From contig CAWKDC010000001.1 of the NCBI GenBank assembly GCA_963848305.1, forward strand, positions 1,312,001 to 1,376,000: DNA of 64,000 nucleotides, read 5' to 3'. The DNA comes from an uncultured Gammaproteobacteria bacterium (GTDB lineage: Bacteria; Pseudomonadota; Gammaproteobacteria; JABCZS01). The notes under the pieces are model-generated. The model had not been told where the DNA came from and searched no databases. It saw nothing but the letters and a program-made list of their open reading frames with translations. Positions 61,591-64,000 of the stretch are shown here, one piece after another. Position 1 is the stretch's first letter. Each line of letters starts with the position of its first letter. Both the position numbers and the translations under genes were made by a program.

Positions 61591-61667
61591 AAATCTTTCG
61601 CAACTTCTCATTTTTTCGCTACACTCAGTGTACAATGTAGCGCGTCATTATTTATCAAGGTGCCATC

Positions 61668-63547
<1,880 letters not shown>

Positions 63548-63559
63548 GAGGTATATTTT

Positions 63560-64000
63560 ATGGCAAAGAAAATATCAAACGCAGTGGCGACGCAAAATTT
63601 TGAAATGCAACCGCTGAAAACATTTGTGGAAAAATCCTATTTGGATTATTCTATGTATGTGATCCTCGATCGTGCTTTGCCGAGTTTGCTCGATGGTTTG
63701 AAACCTGTGCAACGGCGCATCATTTACGCTATGTCTGAATTGGGATTGAAAGCATCCAGTAAACATAAAAAATCTGCGCGCACCGTCGGTGACGTGTTGG
63801 GTAAATTCCATCCACATGGAGACAGTGCTTGTTATGAAGCCATGGTGTTGATGGCACAATCTTTTTCATATCGTTATCCGCTGATTGATGGGCAGGGTAA
63901 TTTTGGTTCTGTCGATGATCCAAAATCTTTTGCAGCGATGCGATACACTGAATCACGTCTCAGTGCTTTCGCCGATGTTTATTTAGGTGAGTTGGGTTTG
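63560..64000 (+). CDS. parC: DNA topoisomerase IV subunit A (5' part; runs off window)
   Basis: YL.YSMYVI.DRALP...[39 protein letters not shown]. Confidence 0.96.
   Translation, partial: MAKKISNAVATQNFEMQPLKTFVEKSYLDYSMYVILDRALPSLLDGLKPVQRRIIYAMSELGLKASSKHKKSARTVGDVLGKFHPHGDSACYEAMVLMAQSFSYRYPLIDGQGNFGSVDDPKSFAAMRYTESRLSAFADVYLGELGL

Noticed and set aside
61443-61595. Multi-hairpin ncRNA (6S- or Rsm-like) or IS200 HUH fragment between miaA and parE
   Set aside because: No recognisable 6S or Rsm signature. The DHLH resemblance to an HUH motif is weaker than the two Phd-type motifs in the same frame.

Overview
Chromosomal window of a Gammaproteobacterium. Its astADB cluster, PPi-PFK-like gene, shortened core proteins and interspersed orphan effector-like genes suggest a Legionellales/Coxiellales-like, possibly protist-associated lineage (inference). 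The backbone is housekeeping: tolC, tRNA-Arg(CCG), rep, ABC-F, smpB, hemB, astADB, coaD, tatABC, ubiEJB, hslVU, argS, cca, rnpB, pfp, mpl, nnrD-tsaE-amiB-mutL-miaA and parEC. Accessory content: (i) a ~14 kb compact, divergent type VI secretion cluster (vgrG, tssJKLM, tagF, tssBC, hcp, tssEFG) with no tssA, clpV, PAAR or effector genes; (ii) a 1602-aa AT-rich orphan with a histone-tail-like N-terminus, NLS-like stretches and a degenerate nucleotidyltransferase-like domain; (iii) a reversed-order HipA-like module with an apparently deleted kinase core, a three-palindrome operator array and a divergent 36-aa ORF resembling the antitoxin C-terminus; (iv) a Fic protein and an orphan Phd-type antitoxin; (v) two apparently paralogous 8-TM orphan proteins; (vi) several palindromic intergenic repeats. 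Almost all frameshifts and one substitution (13 lesions, including in parE, hemB and miaA) fall on Gly-Pro codons, i.e. GGNCC. This points to modification-induced sequencing errors and hence an unannotated GGNCC DNA modification, not pseudogenisation. All calls come from reading motifs by eye; no searches were run.
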